Assembly: GCA_963617485.1 (NCBI GenBank)
Contig: CAVEPA010000007.1
Span: 30,628-94,627, forward strand
Direction: 5' to 3'
DNA from: a bacterium
GTDB taxonomy: Bacteria; Bacteroidota; Bacteroidia; Bacteroidales; UBA1402
DNA: 64,000 nucleotides
Shown here: positions 56,201-64,000 of the stretch, piece by piece
Layout: every line of letters begins with the position of its first letter
Position numbering within the stretch: position 1 is the first letter of the stretch
Made by a program: the position numbers and the translations under genes
Notes under the pieces: generated by a model
Database searches by the model: none
Told to the model about the DNA's origin: nothing
Seen by the model: the letters and a program-made list of their open reading frames with translations, nothing else

Positions 56201-59200
56201 GGTGGTTGAGCATACTTTGGTCGATGCCTTGAGCGGCCGTGCCAATATCCTTTACGGTGGTACTTACGGTGCTTCGGCCACCCTCATGGACGAAAACGTC
56301 AGCTACGACTGCAACACTACCACGGTGAACCTCAAGGGCATCAAGTACGACCAGCTGAATGTGTTCGGCGGCGGTGCCAATACGGGTGCCAGAATCACTT
56401 ACGTGAATCTGCTCGAAGGTTATGTGAAAGATGTCTATGGCGGTTCCAATATGGAAGGTGTCTGCGACAGCACTTTTGTTGATGTGCCTGCCAGCGGCAA
56501 GGAATTCATTGCCCATGCCATTTACGGCGGTGCTTACGGCAGCAGCGACAACCTGCCTTGCGATGTTTTGGTAGCCAACGTGAACTTCGCTTCCGACCAA
56601 GCTTATGTTTCGGGCGGCGAGCTGTTTGGCGGCAACAACAATGCCCGTGCTTCGCAAAAGACTTTTGTGACGGTGTCTGCACCGCTGCGTACGGCAGCCG
56701 GTGCTACGCTGGCCAGTGTGTTCGGCGGCGGCCAGGGTGTCAATTCGGTGGCCGGTTATACCAACGTTACGCTTAACAGCGGTGCCCAAGTGGGCAATGT
56801 CTACGGTGGCGGCGATGCCGGCAAGGTGTACGGCTATTACAACGACAACAGTGGCGCTGCTACTTACTACAACCAGACTTCGCATCCCGAGCATCCTTAT
56901 GCCCATTGGGCTTTTGAGGCTCCTGTTGCCGGAGGCAACTGGAGCACGGCAGCTGCCAGTCCCAATACCAATATTTATATCAACGAAGGTGCTACAGCCC
57001 AATATGTTTACGGTGCCGGTTACGGTTCGCAGGCCACCGTGTCGGGCAATACCTATGTGCTGCTCAACGGCGGTAAGGTAGAGAACGACATCTTCGGCGG
57101 CGGTTATTCGGGCAATGTACAGGCCATGGCCGCCAGCGACCTTGGCGCTGGCGGCACCATCCCTGCCGACCAGACGGACAATATCTACACCTATGTATTT
57201 GTACGCGGCGGTGCGGTGAACAACGTTTACGGTGGCGGTTACAACGGCCACGTCGGTCTGTCGGGCATAGCTTCGCAGGCCTCCACCGATGCCACCAACC
57301 CCAACACCCGCGTGGAAGTGGGTCTGTTGGAAGGCAGCAGCTTTACCGATGGTGTTCCTGCCATAACCCGCAGCCTTTACGGCGGCGGTTATAAGGGCGC
57401 TGTTTACGGTTTGGCCAAGGTGCAGATTTTCAACGGCTACACGGGCTATACCTACAACGCTGCCGGCCACTATGAAGAAAACCTCAACTATCAGGGTAGC
57501 ACGGCCAAACTGCTGAAAGAAAACGGCAATGTTTTTGGCGGCGGTTATGGTGAAGGTGCCACGGTAGACCGCACCGAAGTTTATCTCTGGAACGGTACGG
57601 TACGCAACAGCCTTTATGGCGGCGGCGAAATTGCAGCCATCGGCCGGGGTAGCGTGAACGATGACAAGAAGACCGCCACCATCAGCTTGCCCGGCAAGAC
57701 GTTGGTGGAAATGTACGGTGGTTTGGTAGCCGGCAATATCTTCGGCGGTGGCCGCGGTTATGCGGTAGATGCCTACGGTAACACGCAGAACGGCGAAATG
57801 GGTTATTCCGACGGTTATACCTTCGGCCATACCGAAGTTCACTTGCGCCGTGGCACCGTGGGTACGGACGACACTGTGCTGGAAGGCGACGGTAACATCT
57901 TCGGCGGCGGTAACATCGGTTATGTCTACACCGCTACCGGTACCAAGGATGCCAGCGACGGCTATTATTACAACAACGGTCTGCTTACCGAAGACTGCCG
58001 TGTGCTTATCGCACCCTATGCCAAGGTACTCGAAGCCGTCACCATAGACGGTACCAGCTACGGAGTGGGCGAGTTCGTTCCTACCGAAAAACTGAATACG
58101 CTCAGCGCTTCCGATGCTGCTTGGAGCAAGATAGACAATTTGGGTATCACCATCGGCAACGCCGTGTTTGCAGGCGGTAACGTTTCGGCCGGTTCCGATA
58201 AGGTATACGCCAATGCCAAGACCGTTTTCGGCAATGCCACGGCTTCCGTTACCGATATCTTCAACAAAGACTTTGTGGTAATCGGCGGCGATGGTATCGG
58301 CGGTTTGTATGGCGATGGCAACCTTACCTTTGTGGATGGCTACCGCGAGCTGAACATCACCAACTACGGTACCGACTACTACAACTTGAACAACCAGCTT
58401 ACCTACGAGCAATACATGATGCTCACCGACCGTGAGCGTGCCTATTTCGAGCTGCAATATATGTCCAATGTGGCACATACTTACGAATTCTACGAATGTC
58501 TCCATGCCGATTATTACGGCGAAATCTATTATAGAAAAGGCCAAAAACTGCCCGCATCCGCCTTCGAGGCGCTGGGCCTGACTGACGAAGAAAAAACGCA
58601 CTGGATACAGTCGTCGAAGAACTTCGACACGGGCGACAAGGTTTCGCAAGACGAATATAATTTGATGGATGATGCCGAGCAGGCCAACTGGGATTTGTTC
58701 GGTTTCTGTACCCTGTATGCCGGCCGTATGATTAACACCATACAGCGTGCCGACTTCTGCGGTGTGTTCGGCAGCCGTATCGTTATGCGTGGCGCGCGCG
58801 ACCGTGTGCCCTCCACCGTCGACTACACCTACTACACTATCAACCGTGTGGACGAAGTTTCGCTCAACCAAATGCCCGACCCCAAGAATCCTACCGATGC
58901 CAGCCAAAACCACGGCAACTACTTCGGTATCTATTCGGTGGTGAACTATCTGGGTGCCCTTACTTCGGATGTCGAGTTCGAGAGCGAACGTGTTACCGAC
59001 AATACCGATGCCAGCTATGCTCCCGATGGCCGTAGCTACTACGACTGGAAGAGCGCCAACTTGAACAACCGCAAGCGCAACAACGGTACCAGCCGCAACG
59101 AGGTGGCCCTGGCTTCCGGTGTATGGCTCGAAATTGTAGACAAGTCTACCGAAACGGCCGGTGAAAAGATTTACGGCCCCATCACCGGTGTGGTACAATT

Positions 59201-62200
59201 GGACTTGATTAACGTAGCTACCGGCGAAGGTGGCGGTTATGTATATGCCAAGAACATCCATGGTGTCAAGACCAAGCTCTCGCTTAAGCAGGTAACGCTG
59301 ACGGCTGCCAACCAAGGTGCCGTTTCGTACAAGGAGTTCTCTTATGCCGATGCCGTTCAGGCCGACCACATGCAGACTTCGGGCAACTTTGTGAATAGCC
59401 TCAAGCGCATTGTCGACGACTGCTATCCCGAAAACAACGCTTATGTGGGCAGCGATGCAGCTCCCGCCCATTACTGGTATGTGCGTGGCGACTTCTACGT
59501 TTACGAACAGAACATCTCGGCCTACACCGGTTCGTCGCAGGCTTATGCCGAGTCTATCACCATTCCGCTTACCATTACGGCCGAAGCTCAGGGCCGTCTG
59601 CGTCTGGAAAGTGTCAACGAAAACCTTTACGCCTACTGGAACGACAGCTACGATATCGACAAGTATCAAAGTCCGCTCGATGCCAACGCCATTATTGTGC
59701 AAGGTGTCACCTACCAGAAGAACGACCCCATTTCGTATTGGACCTATTCGCGTCTCACCGACGAGGAGAAACTGCTCTTCACCGATGAAACCTATGTCTG
59801 CTCCAAGGCTGTTTCCTACAATGGCAAAGACTACGCCAAGGGTGCCGTGCTGCTGCCTTCGGAATATGCCGCCATGCCTACCGACCAATATGTTTGCGAA
59901 TACGACTTTGTTGATGGCGATGCCGCCTACACCGAGGGTACGGTGCTGACGCAGGCCCAGTGGGAGTCGCTCAGTGCTTCCAACCAAGACAAGTGCGCTA
60001 CGGTGCGCTCGTTCTTCAACATCTCCAACGCCCTGTCGCACGACGAAGGCTTCCTGCTCACCTTCGACTGGGATAACCCCGACATCTGGAACGACTATTA
60101 CCAGCATGCCGCTACTGCCGGCGATGCCGACCAGCAAGTGGTGCGCAAGTCTGTTTACGATACTTACGATGCCACTACCAAGGCCGCTTACGTAACGGCT
60201 CCTTCGCTCAGGAGTACCACCACTTCGGTGATGGGTCAGTTGCAGTACACGCAGGGCGACCTTATCGAGAAGGAAATCTACGACTATCAGGCTCAGGTAA
60301 CCACCGACCTTGCTGCCAACGGCTTGACGGATACGCGTACCGGCCAGGCCAGCTTCGAAAAGGCTTGGGTGGCCAAGCAGGCCTGCAAGTTTACCGACAA
60401 TGGCCGCGACTACAATTATGTGGAAGGTGCCTGCATCTCCGATACCGAATATCAGGCCTTCAGCGCTACGGGCAAGGCTTACTTTACGCAAGGTATGCTC
60501 TGTACCAAGACCTATCAGCGCGGTGAAGACGAATATTACCTGCGCGGTTCGGTGCTGACTCTTGCCGACTACAACACACTCTTGGCCGAAGATGCCGAAA
60601 TAGCCGACCATTTCAGTGATCCTTACATTTGTACCAAGGACGGTGCTTGGGGCGGTAGCCTGTTTGTGCAGACCAACAATTACCCGGCACTGAAGTACGC
60701 CAACCTGACGGCGGCCGAACGCCAGAACTTCACCTACAACTACGATGCCCTCGACTTGATGTCGGAGAACTTCAATGCCAGCGACATCTTGCATTATCAG
60801 GGTGGGGTGGGCAACCATGCCAATGCGGGCAAGGCCATCGCCAAGCAGAACAACTATGCCGAAGAGGAGGCCATCGACTACACGGCCCGCTACGAAGGTG
60901 AGGATATGACCGCCGACAACTGTCTGGCCGAAGAGGTGCTTGTTACCCGCGATGGCAGCCAGCTGATGACCAATATGCTCAAGATGGGCGATATTCTTAA
61001 GAACACCGCTTACGAAAGCCTTACCAACGAGCAGTTCAAGTTTACGCCTATCACCGCCAGCGGTACCGACGATGCCGACAAGGTGTTCTATGTGGTGAAG
61101 GAAGGTTTCCAGACGGGCGACAACTATTACACCGTGGGCAACCAGATTACCGAGGCCATCTACCAAGGCATGACCAGCAGCAACAAGAACAAGGTGGCTT
61201 TGATATCGCGCAGCAGTCTGCCCAACTATCCTACGGGTAGCGAAACCAAGAGCTACTACTTCTGTACGCGCAAGTACACAGCCATATCGCCTCATACCGA
61301 CATCAACGGTGTCAGCTATGCCGTGGGCGACGAAGTGCCGGTAGGAACCATCATCTCGGCCGACCATTACAACACGCTGACGAACGAACAGAAGAACTTT
61401 GAAATAGACGGCAAGATTCCGACCTCGCTCACTACGCTCTATGTATCGCGCGAAGTGGACATCAACCAGCTGTCGCAAGACAAGATTGTTACCGTTATCT
61501 ATTGGTACGAATACATAGAAAGTGACGAAACGGGTATGTCGTACGAAACCATCCGCGAGCGTCATATCGTGAACATCCGCATCCATTTCGAGAGCGGTGT
61601 GCCCACCATCGGTGAGCTGCTGCCACCAAGTACGGTGCTGCCTTCGACGGCCGTGGGTCTGAATACGCCTACCATCGAGGAAGGTGCTTACGAACTGCTG
61701 GGTGGCGGTTGGGAAATGTACTCGAACGAGGCCGATGCCTACGCCCACAAGAACGGTGCCGAGTATGTGAACCGCAATACGCCCATGTACTGGTATCAGG
61801 ACGGTTACTATGTGGCCTACTACGCCAAGTCTTATCTGGGCAAGACTTACTCTAACCCCGTACAGTTCTCGGTGGCCAACTATCACCGTATGTCGGAAGT
61901 GATGAGCAATACGCACAGCGAAACCCTCGAAGACAACTCTACGGTAACGGTCAACGACTATATGTATCTGAACGATGCCATCAAGGCCGGCAAGCGTGCG
62001 CCCAAGGTTTACATCAAGGACAATGCCGATATGGAGGCTTTCGCAAGCTTCTTCAACAAGACTCTGACCGAAGAGAACCTCGACTTGGTACGCGGCGGTT
62101 CGGGTATCGACTTTATCCTTGCGGGCGATGTTGCCCTTAGCGGCAGCTGGACCTCGCTGGGCGACGACAGCCAGTGCTTCGAAGGTAACTTCCACGGCGA

Positions 62201-64000
62201 CGGTCATGCGCTGACCGGTCTCGACCATTCGCTCTTCGGCAATCTTTGCGGTAAGGTCTACAACCTGGGTGTGGCCGGTTCGTTCAGCTCGGCCGGTATT
62301 GCCGACCAGGGTAGCGGTAGCGTGAAGAACTGCTGGATTTACACCACCAACACTGCTGCCAAGGCTGTGAATGCCGTGCTGGGTACGCCTTCGCACAGCA
62401 ATGCTCAGGAACCTCAGATTATCAACTGCTACTATAACCAGGATGCCGCCTACAATAATCCTGTCAGCACCCACGGTCTTGCCAAGGCCATGCCGGTGCG
62501 GGCTTATCTGGATGGTCAGGTGGCCTTCCTGCTCAACGGCTTCTATCTGGAAAAACGTTATCAAGACAGCAAGAGCCTGACTGCCGGACAGCAATATCGC
62601 TACTGGCCGCTGGATAAACTGGATGGCAAGATAACGATGGCCAGCACCGCTTATTACGAAGACGATGTGGAAACCTATGTGGAAGAGCGTTATCAGTATG
62701 CCGACTTTATTTACGCCGACGGTACTATTCCTTTGACGACCGATGTGCGCCACAATATGAACGAAACCTATTCGCCGGTTTACCCCGACGACTACATCTA
62801 CTTTGGCCAGAGCCTGAGCTACAATATCGTTATGGGTGGTGGCAAGTCGGATGAATATCCGCATGCTGTGGCCCGTACCACCGACAAGAAACTGCTCCGT
62901 ACCGATGCCGCCGACACGCGTGTTTACCGTGCACCGGGCTACTACCAGAGCAAGCAGATGTCTACCGTTTACTTCAACGGCCATGCCGCCTTTGTAGATG
63001 ATTATGTGCTGACACCTGTAGCCGATGGCGGTATTTATGCGGCTGCCGAAACGATGGATGTCTACAAGACCTTGACGGCCATCGACTTTACCGGTCATGG
63101 CGATGCTTCTTGGCAAAGGGGCTGGAACGACGGTCTGTTCTATACGCCGCTGCTCGACTTCGAAGGCGTGTACTCCTTCCAGACCGATGGTATAACGCGC
63201 AACCTGCTGGTTTACATCAATCCCGCCGATGGCGATGCTTCTTCGGCCGACAGCCGCACCGACGCTGCGCTGGCCACTTTCTCGAAAGACCCCGCCTACG
63301 ACGATTACTATCAGGGCAACGGCTACCGTTCGGTAAGCAAGAACGAAATTGAAGTGATGGGCCACGTGGTATATAACAACGGCGGCAACTACATTGCCTA
63401 CAGCGACCACTTCCTGGTTGACAAGAACGACTTCAACGCGCCTATTGCCTATACCTTCGATACCGACAAGCGCATGTGGTACCAGCGCGAGCCAGACAAG
63501 TTCATCACCTCGATGACCCAAGGTTGGGAAAGCGTCAGCCTGCCCTTCGAAGTGGAACTGCTCAGCACCAACCAAAAGGGTGAACTTACGCACTTCTACG
63601 GCGACAGCAACAAGGGCCACGAATACTGGTTGCGTGCCTATGCCGATGCCACCGAGGATGCCACCGCTTCGCCTGTTAGCTACACGGTGAACATGAACCG
63701 TCCCGCCAGCCAGAGCGGCGCGTCCAAGACGGCCACCAGTACCTTCCTCTGGGATTACTACTACGAGGGTACGACCAGTGCCGGCGACAACACCGACGAA
63801 AATACCGACGCTTACCAGCGCCAGTACTACCAAAACGCCCGCGACTACGATGGCTACGCTTATCAGCAGGCAGCCACGCCTTACCTGGTGGGCTTCCCGG
63901 GCAGCAACTACTACGAGTTCGATTTGAGCGGCGGCTTCATTGCCCAGAATTCGGGCAGCGGAACGCCCGCCCAGCTGAACCGCCAGACCATCAGCTTTGT
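53274..64000 (+). CDS. giant secreted repeat protein (at least 3575 codons inside the window; the 3' end is beyond nt 64000), putative beta-helical surface adhesin
   Basis: ATG 53274 follows an in-frame TAA at 53241. By my own translation the frame stays open to the window end. The track lists no plus-strand ORF in this frame, as expected for an ORF with no stop in the window. The N-terminus MNRYFTVILILLTFSVSAKAQ is a type I signal peptide. About 40 [VIL]-[YF]-G-G-x motifs follow. Confidence 0.85.
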   Translation, partial: MNRYFTVILILLTFSVSAKAQITIGGSVYGGGRNGAVGTGNTPAAQVATAADFEAATVAAQSTATMVTVNSGSLNNIYGGGEKGNSKGQTNVVLRGGSINGSVYGGAMMADIEGYSHVNIDAANLRSDLVLANVYGGNDIAGNISQLAYVESTYASDLDKAVADGGKRCYVLNLFGGGNGDYADSLYTGSLERPTLAQAEIHLTSGCYYQIFGGGNMATVTANTTIDLQNRTQLRFHASQNADGSYSFDDEIPEYQFERVFGGNNKVAMDIRPTWNLQKASVENLYSGGNAGDMTYHTGILLEIASADMTVYNVYGGCRMANVSNSATVTVSDGIITNVYGGNDISGNVYGGTQVNIQSSVLGDVYGGGNGSYAYTDNIKLKDDAQYSDIFYEIPGVDYENLPSDISLLSAQALNAYRPNAENVTISLSGKSDAEPTYIGGSVYCGGNSATLRSTSGNLEAASATLKLGSYVIANHIFLGSNGANMVARDQAGDMLRVLRDGPVDYDATAQGKYSLMDLTDHDTFEEYMKGVEVAIKPQVGFVDDYVDYSSKVGSVYVGGNVGSMSATGYFNLSFLQKVVVFEKLVGGCNNANISAGAYNAYHEGGLTSYSATKVIMNVEGMKLQPMKLTANADGTFTFAENRNADGLLVGGNIYGGCYESGYINGGVEINIKQDAISSSVSDADRQLIRDNVFSTALSAFGGGYGHNAEIWGDVTVNISNDANIIKVFGGGEMGVVGRTKGSAAPENLFHEPLTANTNISITGGTVGKIYGGGFEGLVTGNTKVMLDGGKVYDAMAGACNADIDGYAQMLMGSVNGGATTTVEHNVYGGNDFGGRIASAATYTGANGQNVTANTYVSYQKGIVGNSIYGGACGSYDYSVAPYSTKAAEAGFYYPKFETLPTGGDINTNSFVDIRTTAASDKADGNIYGGGRGFLNAKSGDAQLAIVDMKQSYVLLRSQNATGLVADNILGGGYYSVVEHTLVDALSGRANILYGGTYGASATLMDENVSYDCNTTTVNLKGIKYDQLNVFGGGANTGARITYVNLLEGYVKDVYGGSNMEGVCDSTFVDVPASGKEFIAHAIYGGAYGSSDNLPCDVLVANVNFASDQAYVSGGELFGGNNNARASQKTFVTVSAPLRTAAGATLASVFGGGQGVNSVAGYTNVTLNSGAQVGNVYGGGDAGKVYGYYNDNSGAATYYNQTSHPEHPYAHWAFEAPVAGGNWSTAAASPNTNIYINEGATAQYVYGAGYGSQATVSGNTYVLLNGGKVENDIFGGGYSGNVQAMAASDLGAGGTIPADQTDNIYTYVFVRGGAVNNVYGGGYNGHVGLSGIASQASTDATNPNTRVEVGLLEGSSFTDGVPAITRSLYGGGYKGAVYGLAKVQIFNGYTGYTYNAAGHYEENLNYQGSTAKLLKENGNVFGGGYGEGATVDRTEVYLWNGTVRNSLYGGGEIAAIGRGSVNDDKKTATISLPGKTLVEMYGGLVAGNIFGGGRGYAVDAYGNTQNGEMGYSDGYTFGHTEVHLRRGTVGTDDTVLEGDGNIFGGGNIGYVYTATGTKDASDGYYYNNGLLTEDCRVLIAPYAKVLEAVTIDGTSYGVGEFVPTEKLNTLSASDAAWSKIDNLGITIGNAVFAGGNVSAGSDKVYANAKTVFGNATASVTDIFNKDFVVIGGDGIGGLYGDGNLTFVDGYRELNITNYGTDYYNLNNQLTYEQYMMLTDRERAYFELQYMSNVAHTYEFYECLHADYYGEIYYRKGQKLPASAFEALGLTDEEKTHWIQSSKNFDTGDKVSQDEYNLMDDAEQANWDLFGFCTLYAGRMINTIQRADFCGVFGSRIVMRGARDRVPSTVDYTYYTINRVDEVSLNQMPDPKNPTDASQNHGNYFGIYSVVNYLGALTSDVEFESERVTDNTDASYAPDGRSYYDWKSANLNNRKRNNGTSRNEVALASGVWLEIVDKSTETAGEKIYGPITGVVQLDLINVATGEGGGYVYAKNIHGVKTKLSLKQVTLTAANQGAVSYKEFSYADAVQADHMQTSGNFVNSLKRIVDDCYPENNAYVGSDAAPAHYWYVRGDFYVYEQNISAYTGSSQAYAESITIPLTITAEAQGRLRLESVNENLYAYWNDSYDIDKYQSPLDANAIIVQGVTYQKNDPISYWTYSRLTDEEKLLFTDETYVCSKAVSYNGKDYAKGAVLLPSEYAAMPTDQYVCEYDFVDGDAAYTEGTVLTQAQWESLSASNQDKCATVRSFFNISNALSHDEGFLLTFDWDNPDIWNDYYQHAATAGDADQQVVRKSVYDTYDATTKAAYVTAPSLRSTTTSVMGQLQYTQGDLIEKEIYDYQAQVTTDLAANGLTDTRTGQASFEKAWVAKQACKFTDNGRDYNYVEGACISDTEYQAFSATGKAYFTQGMLCTKTYQRGEDEYYLRGSVLTLADYNTLLAEDAEIADHFSDPYICTKDGAWGGSLFVQTNNYPALKYANLTAAERQNFTYNYDALDLMSENFNASDILHYQGGVGNHANAGKAIAKQNNYAEEEAIDYTARYEGEDMTADNCLAEEVLVTRDGSQLMTNMLKMGDILKNTAYESLTNEQFKFTPITASGTDDADKVFYVVKEGFQTGDNYYTVGNQITEAIYQGMTSSNKNKVALISRSSLPNYPTGSETKSYYFCTRKYTAISPHTDINGVSYAVGDEVPVGTIISADHYNTLTNEQKNFEIDGKIPTSLTTLYVSREVDINQLSQDKIVTVIYWYEYIESDETGMSYETIRERHIVNIRIHFESGVPTIGELLPPSTVLPSTAVGLNTPTIEEGAYELLGGGWEMYSNEADAYAHKNGAEYVNRNTPMYWYQDGYYVAYYAKSYLGKTYSNPVQFSVANYHRMSEVMSNTHSETLEDNSTVTVNDYMYLNDAIKAGKRAPKVYIKDNADMEAFASFFNKTLTEENLDLVRGGSGIDFILAGDVALSGSWTSLGDDSQCFEGNFHGDGHALTGLDHSLFGNLCGKVYNLGVAGSFSSAGIADQGSGSVKNCWIYTTNTAAKAVNAVLGTPSHSNAQEPQIINCYYNQDAAYNNPVSTHGLAKAMPVRAYLDGQVAFLLNGFYLEKRYQDSKSLTAGQQYRYWPLDKLDGKITMASTAYYEDDVETYVEERYQYADFIYADGTIPLTTDVRHNMNETYSPVYPDDYIYFGQSLSYNIVMGGGKSDEYPHAVARTTDKKLLRTDAADTRVYRAPGYYQSKQMSTVYFNGHAAFVDDYVLTPVADGGIYAAAETMDVYKTLTAIDFTGHGDASWQRGWNDGLFYTPLLDFEGVYSFQTDGITRNLLVYINPADGDASSADSRTDAALATFSKDPAYDDYYQGNGYRSVSKNEIEVMGHVVYNNGGNYIAYSDHFLVDKNDFNAPIAYTFDTDKRMWYQREPDKFITSMTQGWESVSLPFEVELLSTNQKGELTHFYGDSNKGHEYWLRAYADATEDATASPVSYTVNMNRPASQSGASKTATSTFLWDYYYEGTTSAGDNTDENTDAYQRQYYQNARDYDGYAYQQAATPYLVGFPGSNYYEFDLSGGFIAQNSGSGTPAQLNRQTISF
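53340..58320 (+). repeat. protein-level periodic region of the giant ORF (about 40 copies of the motif [NSD]-[VIL]-[YF]-G-G-[GNCAST], spaced roughly 20-60 aa apart)
   Basis: Examples read off the translation are SVYGGGRNG, NIYGGGEKG, NVYGGNDIAG, NLFGGGNGD, DVYGGGNGS, KIYGGGFEG, NIYGGGRGF, NVYGGGDAG, SLYGGGYKG, NIFGGGRGY and NIFGGGNIG. At the DNA level tacggcggcgg/ttcggcggcgg recurs. Confidence 0.7.

Noticed and set aside
56136-63833. 2565-aa minus-strand ORF, the longest entry in the ORF track
   Set aside because: Its translation is a monotonous Val/Gly/Ala/Ile/Thr/Arg-rich string with no signal peptide or motifs. It lies exactly antisense to a plus-strand frame that translates into a coherent secreted repeat protein starting at 53274. 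I treat it as a shadow ORF produced by the sense gene's NNC/NNG codon bias, which avoids TTA, CTA and TCA.

Overview
The window looks like a chromosomal segment of a Bacteroidota genome, probably Bacteroidales. Supporting signs are a gldH lipoprotein gene, a T9SS-type C-terminal tail on a secreted enzyme, TTTG/TAnnTTTG promoter motifs about 20 nt apart, fimbrillin-type lipoproteins, and a G/C-rich third codon position that produces many long antisense shadow ORFs. The first 43.5 kb is tightly packed housekeeping DNA: mrdA-rodA, holB-PSP1-gldH, gapA, miaA-rlmH, ilvDBNC, tRNA-Pro, a purF-like gene with carB, aspS, Nif3 plus a zinc-ribbon protein, ribBA, an LptF/G-like permease, tRNA-Met, an aminotransferase and lepA. 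Pectin and galactan enzymes are scattered among these (CE12-CE8 esterase, GH53, a GH43-like gene, galM, PL1 lyase). I saw no CRISPR array, rRNA, transposase or integrase. The accessory part runs from about 43.7 kb to the window end. It holds an orphan XRE/HigA-like regulator and then a same-strand operon with the layout of a type V (FimA/Mfa-like) pilus locus: an OmpA-like/beta-barrel protein, an anchor-position lipoprotein and five paralogous fimbrillin-like lipoproteins. That operon ends in a giant open reading frame (start 53274, still open at 64000, at least 3575 codons). The supplied ORF track omits this frame because it has no stop in the window. The 2565-aa minus-strand ORF in the track is its antisense shadow. 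This giant-protein pilus-like locus is my main candidate for an undescribed system. Secondary finds are a Val/Ile/Leu-rich leader peptide with mutually exclusive antiterminator/terminator hairpins upstream of ilvD, a 28-codon micro-lipoprotein ORF, and a PurF-like protein that lacks the N-terminal catalytic Cys and sits next to carB.
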